From positions 1-55,232 of IMG/VR virus record IMGVR_UViG_3300049472_000047: a DNA stretch of 55,232 bases. One strand, given 5' to 3'. A model generated the notes under the pieces. The model was not told the DNA's origin, made no database searches, and was given only the letters and a program-made list of their open reading frames with translations. Source of the DNA: a virus (Duplodnaviria > Caudoviricetes). Every line of letters begins with the position of its first letter. Within the stretch, counting starts at the first letter, position 1. Position numbers and translations under genes: made by a program. This document shows positions 28,579 through 37,397 of this stretch, piece by piece.

Positions 28579-29037
28579 ATGTACGCGCTCATCCAGAACG
28601 GCACCGTCTCGGTATACCCATACACGCTGGCGATGCTCCGCGCTGCCAACCCGCAAACCTCGTTTCCGCGCAATCCCGGCGACTGGATGGCGGAATGGGG
28701 CGTCTACCCGGTCGCGCCGACTGCACGGCCCGCCTATGACCTCAACTTCAACATTGTCGAGGGAACGCCGGTCAACATCGCGGGCGCCTGGACGCAGGTG
28801 TGGAATCAAGTCCCGGCCAGCGCCGAAGAAATTGCGGAACGAACACAGGCCGCAGCAGATGAAGCGGCGGCGGCGGCAGTCAAACTCGACGCTTTCGTGC
28901 AAACCTTCTTGGCGTTCACGCCTGACGGACTCGATGACTACATCGACAACAACACGGCGAACCTCACCGCGATGCGGACGCTGGTAAAGAAACTGGCGAA
29001 GATGCTGCTGATCCTCGCCCAGCGCGAACTGCGCTAG
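28579..29037 (+). CDS. Tail fibre assembly-like protein
   Basis: YPYT...LR..NP.TSFP, EWGVYPV, W.Q.W; RBS GGAGG. Confidence 0.6.
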   Translation: MYALIQNGTVSVYPYTLAMLRAANPQTSFPRNPGDWMAEWGVYPVAPTARPAYDLNFNIVEGTPVNIAGAWTQVWNQVPASAEEIAERTQAAADEAAAAAVKLDAFVQTFLAFTPDGLDDYIDNNTANLTAMRTLVKKLAKMLLILAQRELR

Positions 29038-29061
29038 TCCCGCCGAACAGAGGAAAATCAG

Positions 29062-29241
29062 ATGCTGAAAACGCTGGCCATTGCCGGCGCGCTGGTGCTT
29101 GCCGGTTGCGGCACACTGGGGCGCTACACCGGGGATGAATATTACTACACGGAGAATGGCGTCTATTGGTCCTGCAGGGAGCCGATGCCCTACAAGGGTG
29201 GAACCTGCATGCCCGAGGCGCTGTGGGGGGCCAAGAAATGA
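29062..29241 (+). CDS. Small lipoprotein (59 aa, below ORF-track cutoff)
   Basis: RBS GAGGA; MLKTLAIAGALVLAG|C lipobox; two further Cys. Confidence 0.75.
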   Translation: MLKTLAIAGALVLAGCGTLGRYTGDEYYYTENGVYWSCREPMPYKGGTCMPEALWGAKK

Positions 29242-29735
29242 CCCGCTGGGATGCAGATGCCCATATGTGGTCGGGGCTCGGCAGCGGCAACAACTACGAC
29301 TGGCAGGCGGGGCTTCGGGAGATCTGCCGCGGGATCGGCGATGTCCAGTTCCAATCCTCGATGTCCGGCTATGACGGCTGGAAGGATGTTGCCGCCTCCG
29401 CGATCCGCCGCAAGCCCAAGTCCATCCTGGTTGGCGGCCACAGTAATGGCGGCTTTGCGACAACCTCGATCGCGCGGGCGCTGGAGCCGCATGGCATCAA
29501 GGTCTGGATCATCAGTTTCGACCGCACCATGAAACGATGCCCGACTCTGGGCTCCAATGTCGTCGCCGCGATCGACATCTGGGCCGGCCTGCGAAAGCTG
29601 GTCAAGGGCCCGAACTTCACCGGGGAGCTGAAGCTCTACCCCTTCCTCGAAGAAACCCACCTCTCCGTCATCAACAACCGCGAGGCGATCGAACTCGCCA
29701 TCGCGTTCGGCAAACGCTGGAAGGCGACGCTATGA
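29238..29735 (+). CDS. Alpha/beta-hydrolase-like protein
   Basis: ILVGGHSNGG nucleophile elbow, ISFD, C-terminal H; ATGA-coupled on both sides. Confidence 0.65.
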   Translation: MTRWDADAHMWSGLGSGNNYDWQAGLREICRGIGDVQFQSSMSGYDGWKDVAASAIRRKPKSILVGGHSNGGFATTSIARALEPHGIKVWIISFDRTMKRCPTLGSNVVAAIDIWAGLRKLVKGPNFTGELKLYPFLEETHLSVINNREAIELAIAFGKRWKATL

Positions 29736-30442
29736 ACTATTCGACCCTCAATGTGCAGGCCAAGCTGACCGAGCTTGGTTATCACCCGGGCCCGCTCGAT
29801 GGCGTCCGCGGCCGCGCCACGATCAATGCGACGAAGCAGTTCCAGCGCGACCATGGCCTTGAAATGGATGGTCTGGTGGGGCCAAAGACTCTCGCCATGC
29901 TGTTCGGGCGGGACGCCTATGACAAGCAGCAGATCGCCGGGATGCCGGTGACGGTCTCCCCGGACCGGACGCCATGGATGGATATCGCGGCCCAAATCAT
30001 GGGCGCCCATGAGGCCCGCGACAACAGCAGGCTCCGACGCTGGTTGCGGCTTGACGGCGGCACCGTTGGCGATCCGGCGAAGATCCCGTGGTGTGGCGAT
30101 TACGTGGTCACTGCACTGGCGCAAGCCCTGCCCGATGAAGTCTTTCCGGCAAACCCGTATTGGGCGAGGAACTGGGCGAAGTTCGGAATTCCGTCCGGGC
30201 CCTACTACGGCGCCATTGCGGTGTTCGAGCGTGGATCCGGCGGCCACGTCGCCTTTGTGATCAAGCGCGATCCCGTGAAGAAGCTCCTCTACATCCGGGG
30301 CGGCAATCAACGCAATTCGGTTTCCGATGTCTGGAAATCGGAAAGGGAGCTGATCGCGATGCGATGGCCCTCCACCGCTCTGCCCCCGGCGATCCAGATG
30401 ACCGGAACCGGCGGCGGCAGACTCTCAACCAATGAGGCATGA
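29732..30442 (+). CDS. Endolysin: peptidoglycan-binding + CHAP/NlpC-P60 domain
   Basis: LGY.PGPLDG..G..T..A...FQ...GL..DG.VG..T; PWCG, ARNW, GHVAF, GGNQ. Confidence 0.9.
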   Translation: MNYSTLNVQAKLTELGYHPGPLDGVRGRATINATKQFQRDHGLEMDGLVGPKTLAMLFGRDAYDKQQIAGMPVTVSPDRTPWMDIAAQIMGAHEARDNSRLRRWLRLDGGTVGDPAKIPWCGDYVVTALAQALPDEVFPANPYWARNWAKFGIPSGPYYGAIAVFERGSGGHVAFVIKRDPVKKLLYIRGGNQRNSVSDVWKSERELIAMRWPSTALPPAIQMTGTGGGRLSTNEA

Positions 30443-30711
30443 AAGGAAAACTCATGAACTTCAACCTCGTCCACAACATCCTCAATATTCTCATCGTGGC
30501 GTTGATCGCCTCGATGATCGCGTCGGGCTGCACAGCCGATGCCACCGGCGCCGTTGCCGAATGCTCGCAGTCCTTCATCCCTGAATGGATCTCGAAGTGG
30601 CTGATCCTCGGTGCGGCTGGCGGCAAGGTGGTGCTCAACCTGATCCGTGACGGCCTGGGCGGCCTCTACAAGCAGCAGCCCAAGATCCCGCAGTCTCCCC
30701 CGTCGACGTAA
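30439..30711 (+). CDS. Holin-like membrane protein
   Basis: Two hydrophobic segments; follows endolysin. Confidence 0.55.
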   Translation: MKGKLMNFNLVHNILNILIVALIASMIASGCTADATGAVAECSQSFIPEWISKWLILGAAGGKVVLNLIRDGLGGLYKQQPKIPQSPPST

Positions 30712-30965
30712 TGGGCTGGGGCGAGCTCCTTTTCTCGCTTCTGACGGCGGCCTTGAACCTGCTTCTGGGCCGCCAACGGAAGATCGAGGAACAGCAAGAC
30801 AGACAGGACGGCAGCAATGAGACAGAGCTTGAAGGCCATCGCGAACTCGACCGCCTCAATGACATTGCTGATGCTGCTCGCGACGGGGTGCGCGACGACA
30901 TCGATTCCGTCCGCGCGGACCCCCGCAATCGCCGTCGCCTCCCGGGGCAAGGTGATCCCATGTAG
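30711..30965 (+). CDS. i-spanin-like (Rz)
   Basis: N-terminal TM, charged helical body, overlaps a lipoprotein gene. Confidence 0.6.
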   Translation: MGWGELLFSLLTAALNLLLGRQRKIEEQQDRQDGSNETELEGHRELDRLNDIADAARDGVRDDIDSVRADPRNRRRLPGQGDPM

Positions 30966-31107
30966 GCAGGCGCCGCCGATCAGCTTTGCGGCGCCTGACC
31001 GCTTCAACGAGCCGGATCCCGAGAACACCATCGACACCATGGAAACCGTCGGGGATATCCGCCGGTTCAACGCCGTCCGCGACGCGATCTGCACTCCCAA
31101 ACAGTGA
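30817..31107 (+). CDS. o-spanin-like lipoprotein (Rz1)
   Basis: LLMLLATG|C lipobox, Pro-rich, overlapping frame. Confidence 0.65.
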   Translation: MRQSLKAIANSTASMTLLMLLATGCATTSIPSARTPAIAVASRGKVIPCRQAPPISFAAPDRFNEPDPENTIDTMETVGDIRRFNAVRDAICTPKQ

Positions 31108-31116
31108 GGCCCCATT

Positions 31117-31467
31117 ATGTGGAAGGCGATTGCGCTGGTAATGCTGCTGGCTGGCCCAGCGGCGGCTCAGGACTGCGTCAGCACCGAAAAGGCGATCACC
31201 GATATCCGGAAGACCGCCGCGGCCGCTGGTGAGGGCGTCAGGGCTTGGCAGATGCCTTACTCCCCGAAGGTCGACCTCCTCATGGTCTGGTACGAGACCG
31301 AGCCCGAATTCATCGTTGTCATGTCGTTCGTGCGCGGGTGCGCCGTTCTCAACCGCGCCGGGACGCCGACAAGCATTGTCCCGATCTCCCCGGAGATCCT
31401 GCACGATCTTTCCGAAGCCAAGCTGGTTCTGAAAACCACCGAGGCATCCCCCGTTCCGACATTTTAA
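31117..31467 (+). CDS. Secreted hypothetical protein
   Basis: Signal peptide MWKAIALVMLLAGPAAA. Confidence 0.6.
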   Translation: MWKAIALVMLLAGPAAAQDCVSTEKAITDIRKTAAAAGEGVRAWQMPYSPKVDLLMVWYETEPEFIVVMSFVRGCAVLNRAGTPTSIVPISPEILHDLSEAKLVLKTTEASPVPTF

Positions 31468-31478
31468 AGGAGACTTCG

Positions 31479-31859
31479 ATGGAAGGCGCAATAACCTGGC
31501 AGGCCGTGGCCTTTTTCATCGGCCTCCTGCTCCCCATAGGCGGCACAATGTTTGGCGTCTGGGCGTACATCGACCGGCAGATCAAGACGGCCGCCGCGGC
31601 CGGCGCGGCGCGGACCGAGGCGTTCGCGACTGTGATGACAGGCAGAATCGAGACCTTGGAAAAGGATATCTCCGAATACAAGCTCCACGTCTCCGAGAAG
31701 TTCATCAAGGCCGGCGACCTCGAGAAAATGGAGCGCAGGCTCATGGACACCGAGGCGCGCACCCTTGCAGCCTTGGAACAACTATCGAAGCGTATCGACT
31801 CCCTGATCTCCGTGATCAACGACGGCGAACGTCGCTCCCCCAGATCCCGGCAGGCCTGA
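31479..31859 (+). CDS. Membrane-anchored coiled-coil protein
   Basis: RBS AAGGAG; one TM then coiled coil. Confidence 0.6.
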   Translation: MEGAITWQAVAFFIGLLLPIGGTMFGVWAYIDRQIKTAAAAGAARTEAFATVMTGRIETLEKDISEYKLHVSEKFIKAGDLEKMERRLMDTEARTLAALEQLSKRIDSLISVINDGERRSPRSRQA

Positions 31860-31886
31860 CCCCCTCAACAGTTCAAGGACACGCCA

Positions 31887-33278
31887 ATGAATCGCCTCAG
31901 CGATCCAAAGGAATTTGCGCAGGCCTATGCCGATCTCATCGACAAAGGCTTTTATCCGGGCTCAGACAAGAGGCAGGCAGCGAAAGGGATAACAGGGGCG
32001 GCCGGCGAGATGGCGCGGCTGCTATCGATGACACAGGATGGCGTCAGGCGCCGGCTCGTCACCGCAAGACATAAGGGCTTTGGTGGTATCGTAGACGCCG
32101 CGGAGCGCCGCTACTGGGATCGCCAAAAATCCGGCGACGACAAGCAAAAACAGCCGGCCCGTCCACCGGATGACATCGTGGCAGAACATCGCCTCGTCAG
32201 CGATGTGAGGCGTCTCAAAGCCGAGAAAAAAGACCTGCTTGACCGCATCGTCGAGCTTCAGGATCTCCGCGGCACGGTGATGCAGCTCTCCGCGGCCGTT
32301 GAAGCCCCGGATATCATCCCGCCGGCGCAGGGATCAAAGACAGGCGGGAAGCGGACCGCCATTCTCCATATCTCGGATGTCCATGCCGGTGAGGATGTCA
32401 GTCTATACGAGATGGACGGCCTTAACTCCTACAATGCCCAGATCTGTCGGGACCGCATGCACCGGCTGTTCCAGAAGGCCGGATCACTCCTCACCGAGCA
32501 TTGGGCCGGCGATCCCGTCGAGGAGATCGTGATCTGCCTCGGTGGCGACATGATCGACAACAATCTCCGCGAGGAGTCGCGTCGTGGCGGCTCAATGCCC
32601 GTCATCGAGTCCGTGAAGCTGATCTCCGAGATCATCGCGGGCGGCCTCGTCTATTTGCGGAACACGGTGGGATGCCCGATGCGGGTCTATACCTCCCCGG
32701 GCAATCATGGCCGTCTCACCCCGAAGCCGCACATCGTCGAGGGCAACATCGACAACTTCGATATCCTTGTGTCCTGGTCGGTGGAAAAGATCATCGGCGC
32801 GCAGGACTGGGTAAACTTTTATTATACCGGATCCGGTGAGGCCCTGTTCAACGTCTACGGCTGGTGGTTCCTGCTGAGGCATGGCCATGAGGGCGCCGGC
32901 GGCACGGGCGGCCTCTATGGGGCCGTCTACAAGCAGGTCCGGGGCATGTACCGCGCCCAGACCTCGTATGCGAGGCGCGGCCGCGGCTTCCACTGGGTTC
33001 TTCAGGGCCATGACCATACCCATTCGGCGATCCCGTTCGGCTTCGCCAATGGCTCCGTGGTCGGCTACAACGCCTATGCGATGCGCAAGCTGCAGGCCGA
33101 TCCATCTCCCCCTGTGCAGAACCTGCTGATCGTCGAGGCAAGGCATGGCGTCATCGCCCCGCTGCCCCTCTATCTGGGCTCTCCGGAGGAGGGGACTCTG
33201 TACGAGCCCCCTGCGATCGATCCAAGCGCCACCGGGAAGCCGTTCCGGCGGGTCAAAGCGGGGAGCAAGCCGCTATGA
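31887..33278 (+). CDS. Calcineurin-like metallophosphoesterase with N-terminal HTH/coiled coil
   Basis: ISDVH, GGDMID, PGNHGR, HGH, GHDH, NGS. Confidence 0.85.
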   Translation: MNRLSDPKEFAQAYADLIDKGFYPGSDKRQAAKGITGAAGEMARLLSMTQDGVRRRLVTARHKGFGGIVDAAERRYWDRQKSGDDKQKQPARPPDDIVAEHRLVSDVRRLKAEKKDLLDRIVELQDLRGTVMQLSAAVEAPDIIPPAQGSKTGGKRTAILHISDVHAGEDVSLYEMDGLNSYNAQICRDRMHRLFQKAGSLLTEHWAGDPVEEIVICLGGDMIDNNLREESRRGGSMPVIESVKLISEIIAGGLVYLRNTVGCPMRVYTSPGNHGRLTPKPHIVEGNIDNFDILVSWSVEKIIGAQDWVNFYYTGSGEALFNVYGWWFLLRHGHEGAGGTGGLYGAVYKQVRGMYRAQTSYARRGRGFHWVLQGHDHTHSAIPFGFANGSVVGYNAYAMRKLQADPSPPVQNLLIVEARHGVIAPLPLYLGSPEEGTLYEPPAIDPSATGKPFRRVKAGSKPL

Positions 33279-33817
33279 TCATCGGGCTCACGGGCCGGCG
33301 CGGAGTCGGCAAATCAACAATTGCGGACGCACTGGTTGAGCGTGGCTTCGTCCGTGCCCATCCATTCGCCGGCGGCAAGGCGATGTCCCGGGTCTATTTC
33401 TGCAGGCTTGGGGCCACCGTGGATGAAGCCCATCGCATGACGGATGGCGACCTCAAAGATACGCCGTCCCGGTTCCTGCCGCATCATTCGACCCCGCGGC
33501 ACTTCATGGAGAAGTTCGGGTATTTCATGGGCGTCACCATGGGGCCCGAATGGACACTCGGGGCAGAGCTGGACTCGCTGGCATGGCTGGGGGCACGCGG
33601 CATCGTCGTCGAATCGATTGTCTACGAGGCTGAGGCGCTTCGGCGCCGGGGCGGCGTCGTCGTCCGGATCCTGCGTCCCGATGTCGAGGGGCCATCGGGC
33701 GAGGAGACCGACAAGGCTGAGGCCACAATCGATGCCGATTACACCGTCATCAATCAGGGTTCGCTACGATCCATCCCGGATCTGGTCGACTCCCTCCTGA
33801 AGGAAATCGAGGGATGA
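33275..33817 (+). CDS. dNMP kinase-like P-loop protein
   Basis: IIGLTGRRGVGKST, FA...K, TPR..M..FG, D..V.N. Confidence 0.8.
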   Translation: MIIGLTGRRGVGKSTIADALVERGFVRAHPFAGGKAMSRVYFCRLGATVDEAHRMTDGDLKDTPSRFLPHHSTPRHFMEKFGYFMGVTMGPEWTLGAELDSLAWLGARGIVVESIVYEAEALRRRGGVVVRILRPDVEGPSGEETDKAEATIDADYTVINQGSLRSIPDLVDSLLKEIEG

Positions 33818-33909
33818 GGATCTATCCGGCATCGGTCGAAAATTGGCAAAGGAATACAAGGTTAGTGTCCAAATGATCTGTCACATTAACAAGGGGAGGA
33901 TGTGGGACC

Positions 33910-34257
33910 GTGCGGATATATCTTAGTGGTCCAATGCGCGGGGTTCCGTTTTTCAACTTCCCGGCATTCTTCGAGGCGGAGGATGAACTGGTCTCACAGG
34001 GCCATGAGGTATTCAACCCGGCCCGTAACGATGTGGAGACCTATGGTCCCGAGCCATTCATCAACGAAGCCGGAGATGAGGATAGCCTTGCCCATCTCGG
34101 GCTCACAATCCGAACCGCCATGAAGGTCGACCTGTCCTGGATCTGTGATAACGCCGACGCGATCGCGCTGTTGCCGGGCTGGGAGAAGTCGAAGGGCGCC
34201 ACGGCGGAGAAGGCGCTTGCGGATTGTCTCGGGCTCGAGACCATCTATCTGGACTGA
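33910..34257 (+). CDS. Nucleoside deoxyribosyltransferase-like protein (DUF4406)
   Basis: IYLSGPM.G...N.PAF, VFNPA, LLPGWEKSKGA..E. Confidence 0.85.
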   Translation: MRIYLSGPMRGVPFFNFPAFFEAEDELVSQGHEVFNPARNDVETYGPEPFINEAGDEDSLAHLGLTIRTAMKVDLSWICDNADAIALLPGWEKSKGATAEKALADCLGLETIYLD

Positions 34258-34270
34258 TCCATCACACAGA

Positions 34271-34303
34271 AGCCCCGTCGGTTCGCGCCGGCGGGGCCTT
34301 TTT
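34271..34303 (+). terminator. Intrinsic terminator ending the late arm
   Basis: GCCCCGTCGG...CCGGCGGGGC + TTTTT at the convergence of the two arms. Confidence 0.8.
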
Positions 34304-34476
34304 GTTGTCCGGAGTTTTGTGCACTTTCTGCAAACAATTCAGAGTTGCAAAGGCGTCGCCGCAACCAGATCCGAAAAACCGGGCGGAATGTCAACCGTCT
34401 CGTTTACAAGCCGGGCGCCGGCGTCAACGGGCGCGTGTACAAAGATGCCAAGCAAAATCTGAATCTGATTGGCACG

Positions 34477-34887
34477 CTAGACCGGCACGAACTCGAAGCT
34501 GAGATTTACGGTGTCGCCCGCCCAGAGATTGTGAGGCGCCGCCTGCTTAAAGACCACCTTGCCGCCCTGGACCACCAGTATCCAATTGCCGTCTGGCGGT
34601 AAGTGCAGGTGCTCCAGTTTCTCAACCTTCTCGCGGATCTCTTTGAGCTGGTTCTGGCTCCCCAGCCCTGCGATCCCCTCGCGGATCTCTTTGAGCTGGT
34701 CCGGGATGGCGTCGAGGAACGACTCGAGCTTCTTGATCTTCTCCTGATCCGCCTCGATGCGGGCGATATAGTCGAGCGTCCGAACTTCATTGGGGTGAAG
34801 GTCGCTCATGTTGAGAAGGCGCTGCTTGTCCTCCGCAACCTGTTCGTCGGTGACGGGCTTTGCGTTAAAATCATCTGCCATCGTCAT
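34477..34887 (-). CDS. Coiled-coil hypothetical protein
   Basis: RBS GAAAGGAG; QLKEIRE duplicated. Confidence 0.6.
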   Translation of the reverse strand: MTMADDFNAKPVTDEQVAEDKQRLLNMSDLHPNEVRTLDYIARIEADQEKIKKLESFLDAIPDQLKEIREGIAGLGSQNQLKEIREKVEKLEHLHLPPDGNWILVVQGGKVVFKQAAPHNLWAGDTVNLSFEFVPV

Positions 34888-35011
34888 TCTCCTTTCGGTC
34901 ATTCGCTCCATGGGCCTTTGTATTCGCGGGTAAGGACGCCAAACAGCACGCGAAACGCGAAAGCAACTCCGCAAATTGCGATGCCTAAAATCACGTAGTC
35001 ATGCCACATCT

Positions 35012-35212
35012 TCATTCTCCTTTCGGCGGTGAGGGGAGGATGGCCCACGAGATCGGCGGCGGTGAAATGGCAATGCGTTTTGTTGTCGATTTAACCGTCG
35101 AAACCCAAGCCGATTCAACCCGATCCCAACGTGCGCTATGCCGCTGAACTCCGTTCCAAATCAACAAGACTTCACCATCACGCGGCGCTGTGCTGATCGG
35201 TTGCCATTCCAT
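35012..35212 (-). CDS. DUF551-like protein
   Basis: WQPISTAPRDG...W..LPSPP. Confidence 0.75.
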   Translation of the reverse strand: MEWQPISTAPRDGEVLLIWNGVQRHSARWDRVESAWVSTVKSTTKRIAISPPPISWAILPSPPKGE

Positions 35213-35263
35213 TTTTACACGTCCTTCCTATGTTTCGCTTGCGTTCATGGCGTTTTTACAGGG

Positions 35264-35812
35264 TCAGTCATTTTTTACAGCGCCGTGCTTTGTTCGTTCT
35301 ATGTCCATGACCGCCAATGCTAGTCCCGCCGCCGCGCTCATCCAGAATTTGCCAAGCACATTCCCGGCGATGTAATCGACCGAACCGAACGCCAGTTGCA
35401 GGAATATCGCGCTATCGATCACCGCACCGACCGCGCCGCTCGCCATCACCGCCAGCCACATACCGCGTTTGCGCAAGGGTGTGTAGACTGCGAGATCGGC
35501 AAGCTCGGCCAGCGCGAATGCCGCCACGGATGCGACAACCAAGGCAGGCGGGGCAATAAACCATGACAGTAGCCCACCTATCGCAATCGCCAGCAGAGCG
35601 CCTTTGACACCTGCCTGTTCCTGCACATAGTCGCGCAAGACCAGCGCAAGCCCGATCATCAAGACGCCGCTCGGTGCCGTCAAGCCAAAACCGACAGGGA
35701 TCAGACACGGCCCGTTCGGAACACACGCTGTCCCGACATTGCCAATCAGCCAATTAGCGGCGGGGATGGTGGCCGCAAATGCCGCTATTGATGCAAGCGC
35801 CTTAAGCTGCAT
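35264..35812 (-). CDS. VUT-family (queuosine-precursor) transporter-like membrane protein
   Basis: APSGV..IGL.LVLRD.VQ, AS..AF.L.ELAD..VY..LR, S..VGA.IDS..FL..AFG, G..LGK. Confidence 0.8.
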   Translation of the reverse strand: MQLKALASIAAFAATIPAANWLIGNVGTACVPNGPCLIPVGFGLTAPSGVLMIGLALVLRDYVQEQAGVKGALLAIAIGGLLSWFIAPPALVVASVAAFALAELADLAVYTPLRKRGMWLAVMASGAVGAVIDSAIFLQLAFGSVDYIAGNVLGKFWMSAAAGLALAVMDIERTKHGAVKND

Positions 35813-36494
35813 TGAACATATCCTGTTGTTCGTGTTGGAGTGTCCATTGTGTCGGGCATTGCACGGCATCGATGCGCCTTGCCATGCGTTCAGGGCAGAC
35901 ACGTTCCCCGATGTTTTTGAAGTTCCTAGCAACGTTGGTGCTGTCAGCTGATGCAAACGGCCATCTGTCGCCGCATAGGGAAAGCCCGCGCATCATATGA
36001 ACCCATGGCAATGGCCCTGCCTTAGAAAGCGCGTTGAACGCCTCATCGGCGCGCCTTGCCCATGCATCACAACCTACCGGGTCATATCGCTCGGTCGAAC
36101 CGAAGGCGATCCTGCCAAAACCCATTTGTGCCAGCGCGAGAAGATGGCCAATCGGTTCATCCATGTGCCAAACCACGCATGAACAATCGCGGCGGTGCGG
36201 CCACTCGGCAATAAGTTTGAGATTGTCTGCAACCTCCCCACCGATAGCATCTGGAACCACAGCCCAATGCGGATGGCCAATGCGCGGTTCTACCCATTTG
36301 GCGAACGCGGCAAAGTCGATTGTCCTGCCTGATTTCCAGATTGAAAATGCGCCATTGTCGAGCATCACCGATTGACCATTTTGCAGGCACCAATCAACAT
36401 CACCCGGATGCGCAAAGCTTACGCAAAAATGCTTCCCTGCCAGTTTGGCAAGTTCAGCGCGCGGCGTGATCGGCGTCCCGTGGTAGTGAATTAT
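35802..36494 (-). CDS. DpdA/TGT-like protein; true start appears to be ATA at 36494
   Basis: (M)IHYHGTPITP...LDNGAFS..., PDAIGG, VWH, VHMMRG, SADSTN; AAGGAG 6 nt before ATA. Confidence 0.6.
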   Translation of the reverse strand: MIHYHGTPITPRAELAKLAGKHFCVSFAHPGDVDWCLQNGQSVMLDNGAFSIWKSGRTIDFAAFAKWVEPRIGHPHWAVVPDAIGGEVADNLKLIAEWPHRRDCSCVVWHMDEPIGHLLALAQMGFGRIAFGSTERYDPVGCDAWARRADEAFNALSKAGPLPWVHMMRGLSLCGDRWPFASADSTNVARNFKNIGERVCPERMARRIDAVQCPTQWTLQHEQQDMFNAA

Positions 36495-36604
36495 CGTTCT
36501 CTCCTTATGCTTGTGACATCAGCCGCAAGGTAATGCTTCCTGATGATCGCCTCGGCGTCTTTTTCGCTATGCCCGCTGGCGTCGGCAATCTCGGCAATCG
36601 TGCT
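36491..36604 (-). pseudogene. C-terminal remnant of a tyrosine recombinase (integrase)
   Basis: STIAEIADASGHSEKDAEAIIRKHYL resembles box II (GHS...Y); the rest of the catalytic domain is not found upstream. Confidence 0.6.
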
Positions 36605-36652
36605 TCTGTACCAGTTGCGCGGCCTTGGCGGGTGTCAGCTTGCGGGCGGCGG

Positions 36653-36850
36653 TCATTTGCCCTCCAGTGCCTTGCGGGCTATGCCATACGGGTCATCACC
36701 GTAAGAACGAATGCGCTCCAGCGCATCCCGCAGCCTTGCGTTCTCTGCCCGCAGCCTTGTCACTTCCTCCACCAAAGCCAGCCGGTCAGCAAAGCTGGCC
36801 TCTCTGGATCTGTCGGTCATGCGACTGACCAGAAGCTCGAGGTCATTCAT
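36653..36850 (-). CDS. Small coiled-coil hypothetical protein
   Basis: ENARLRDALERI...IARKALE. Confidence 0.6.
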   Translation of the reverse strand: MNDLELLVSRMTDRSREASFADRLALVEEVTRLRAENARLRDALERIRSYGDDPYGIARKALEGK

Positions 36851-37057
36851 TCAGGCTGCCTCCTCATTCCTGATTGCGTAATGGAACCAGCCGCGCTTGA
36901 TGCCGCCGGCCAGATTGTTGAACGACATGGACCGCATCCATGCCGGATGGTTCGGGCGGTCGCCCCAGAACACGTACTCACCGCGCTCCAACACGAACAC
37001 CAGTTCGTGGATCGTCGGGATCCGCTGGCCTTTGCGGTACATCCTTGGCCTAGCCAT
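36851..37057 (-). CDS. Hypothetical protein
   Basis: Coupled ORF in the leftward operon. Confidence 0.55.
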   Translation of the reverse strand: MARPRMYRKGQRIPTIHELVFVLERGEYVFWGDRPNHPAWMRSMSFNNLAGGIKRGWFHYAIRNEEAA

Positions 37058-37397
37058 CGGCGCCCCTTACATGCTCGATCGCCTTCTCAGGATCAGCGGT
37101 GCGCCAGTCCGGCCACTCCCGCTGTTCATTGCGGGACTGCTTCCCGATGATCAAATAGTCGGCGGTTCCGGGCACGTTCGGCCAAGAAACATTCTTGCCG
37201 AAATGGAGAGACCGCCATAGGCCATCGAGTGCCAGGATGACGACATCAACCCATTCCTTGGGATCGCCGTCGCCGGCCTCGATCTCGTCAAGCTCCTTGC
37301 GGATGTGATCGATGACGCCTTTGCGGCGCTCACCCGGCCCAAATGTGGCGCGGCTGAATGCCATCTGCCGGCGGATATGTGCTTCTAGGTCTGTCAT
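37050..37397 (-). CDS. dATP/dGTP pyrophosphohydrolase-like (DUF550, MazG fold)
   Basis: TFGPG.R..G..DHI.KEL.E, EWVDV.ILALDG, KQ..NE.R.WPDWR. Confidence 0.85.
   Translation of the reverse strand: MTDLEAHIRRQMAFSRATFGPGERRKGVIDHIRKELDEIEAGDGDPKEWVDVVILALDGLWRSLHFGKNVSWPNVPGTADYLIIGKQSRNEQREWPDWRTADPEKAIEHVRGADG

Noticed and set aside
34630-34700. 23-bp direct repeat at 48-bp spacing
   Set aside because: Only two copies; an in-frame QLKEIRE duplication, not an array
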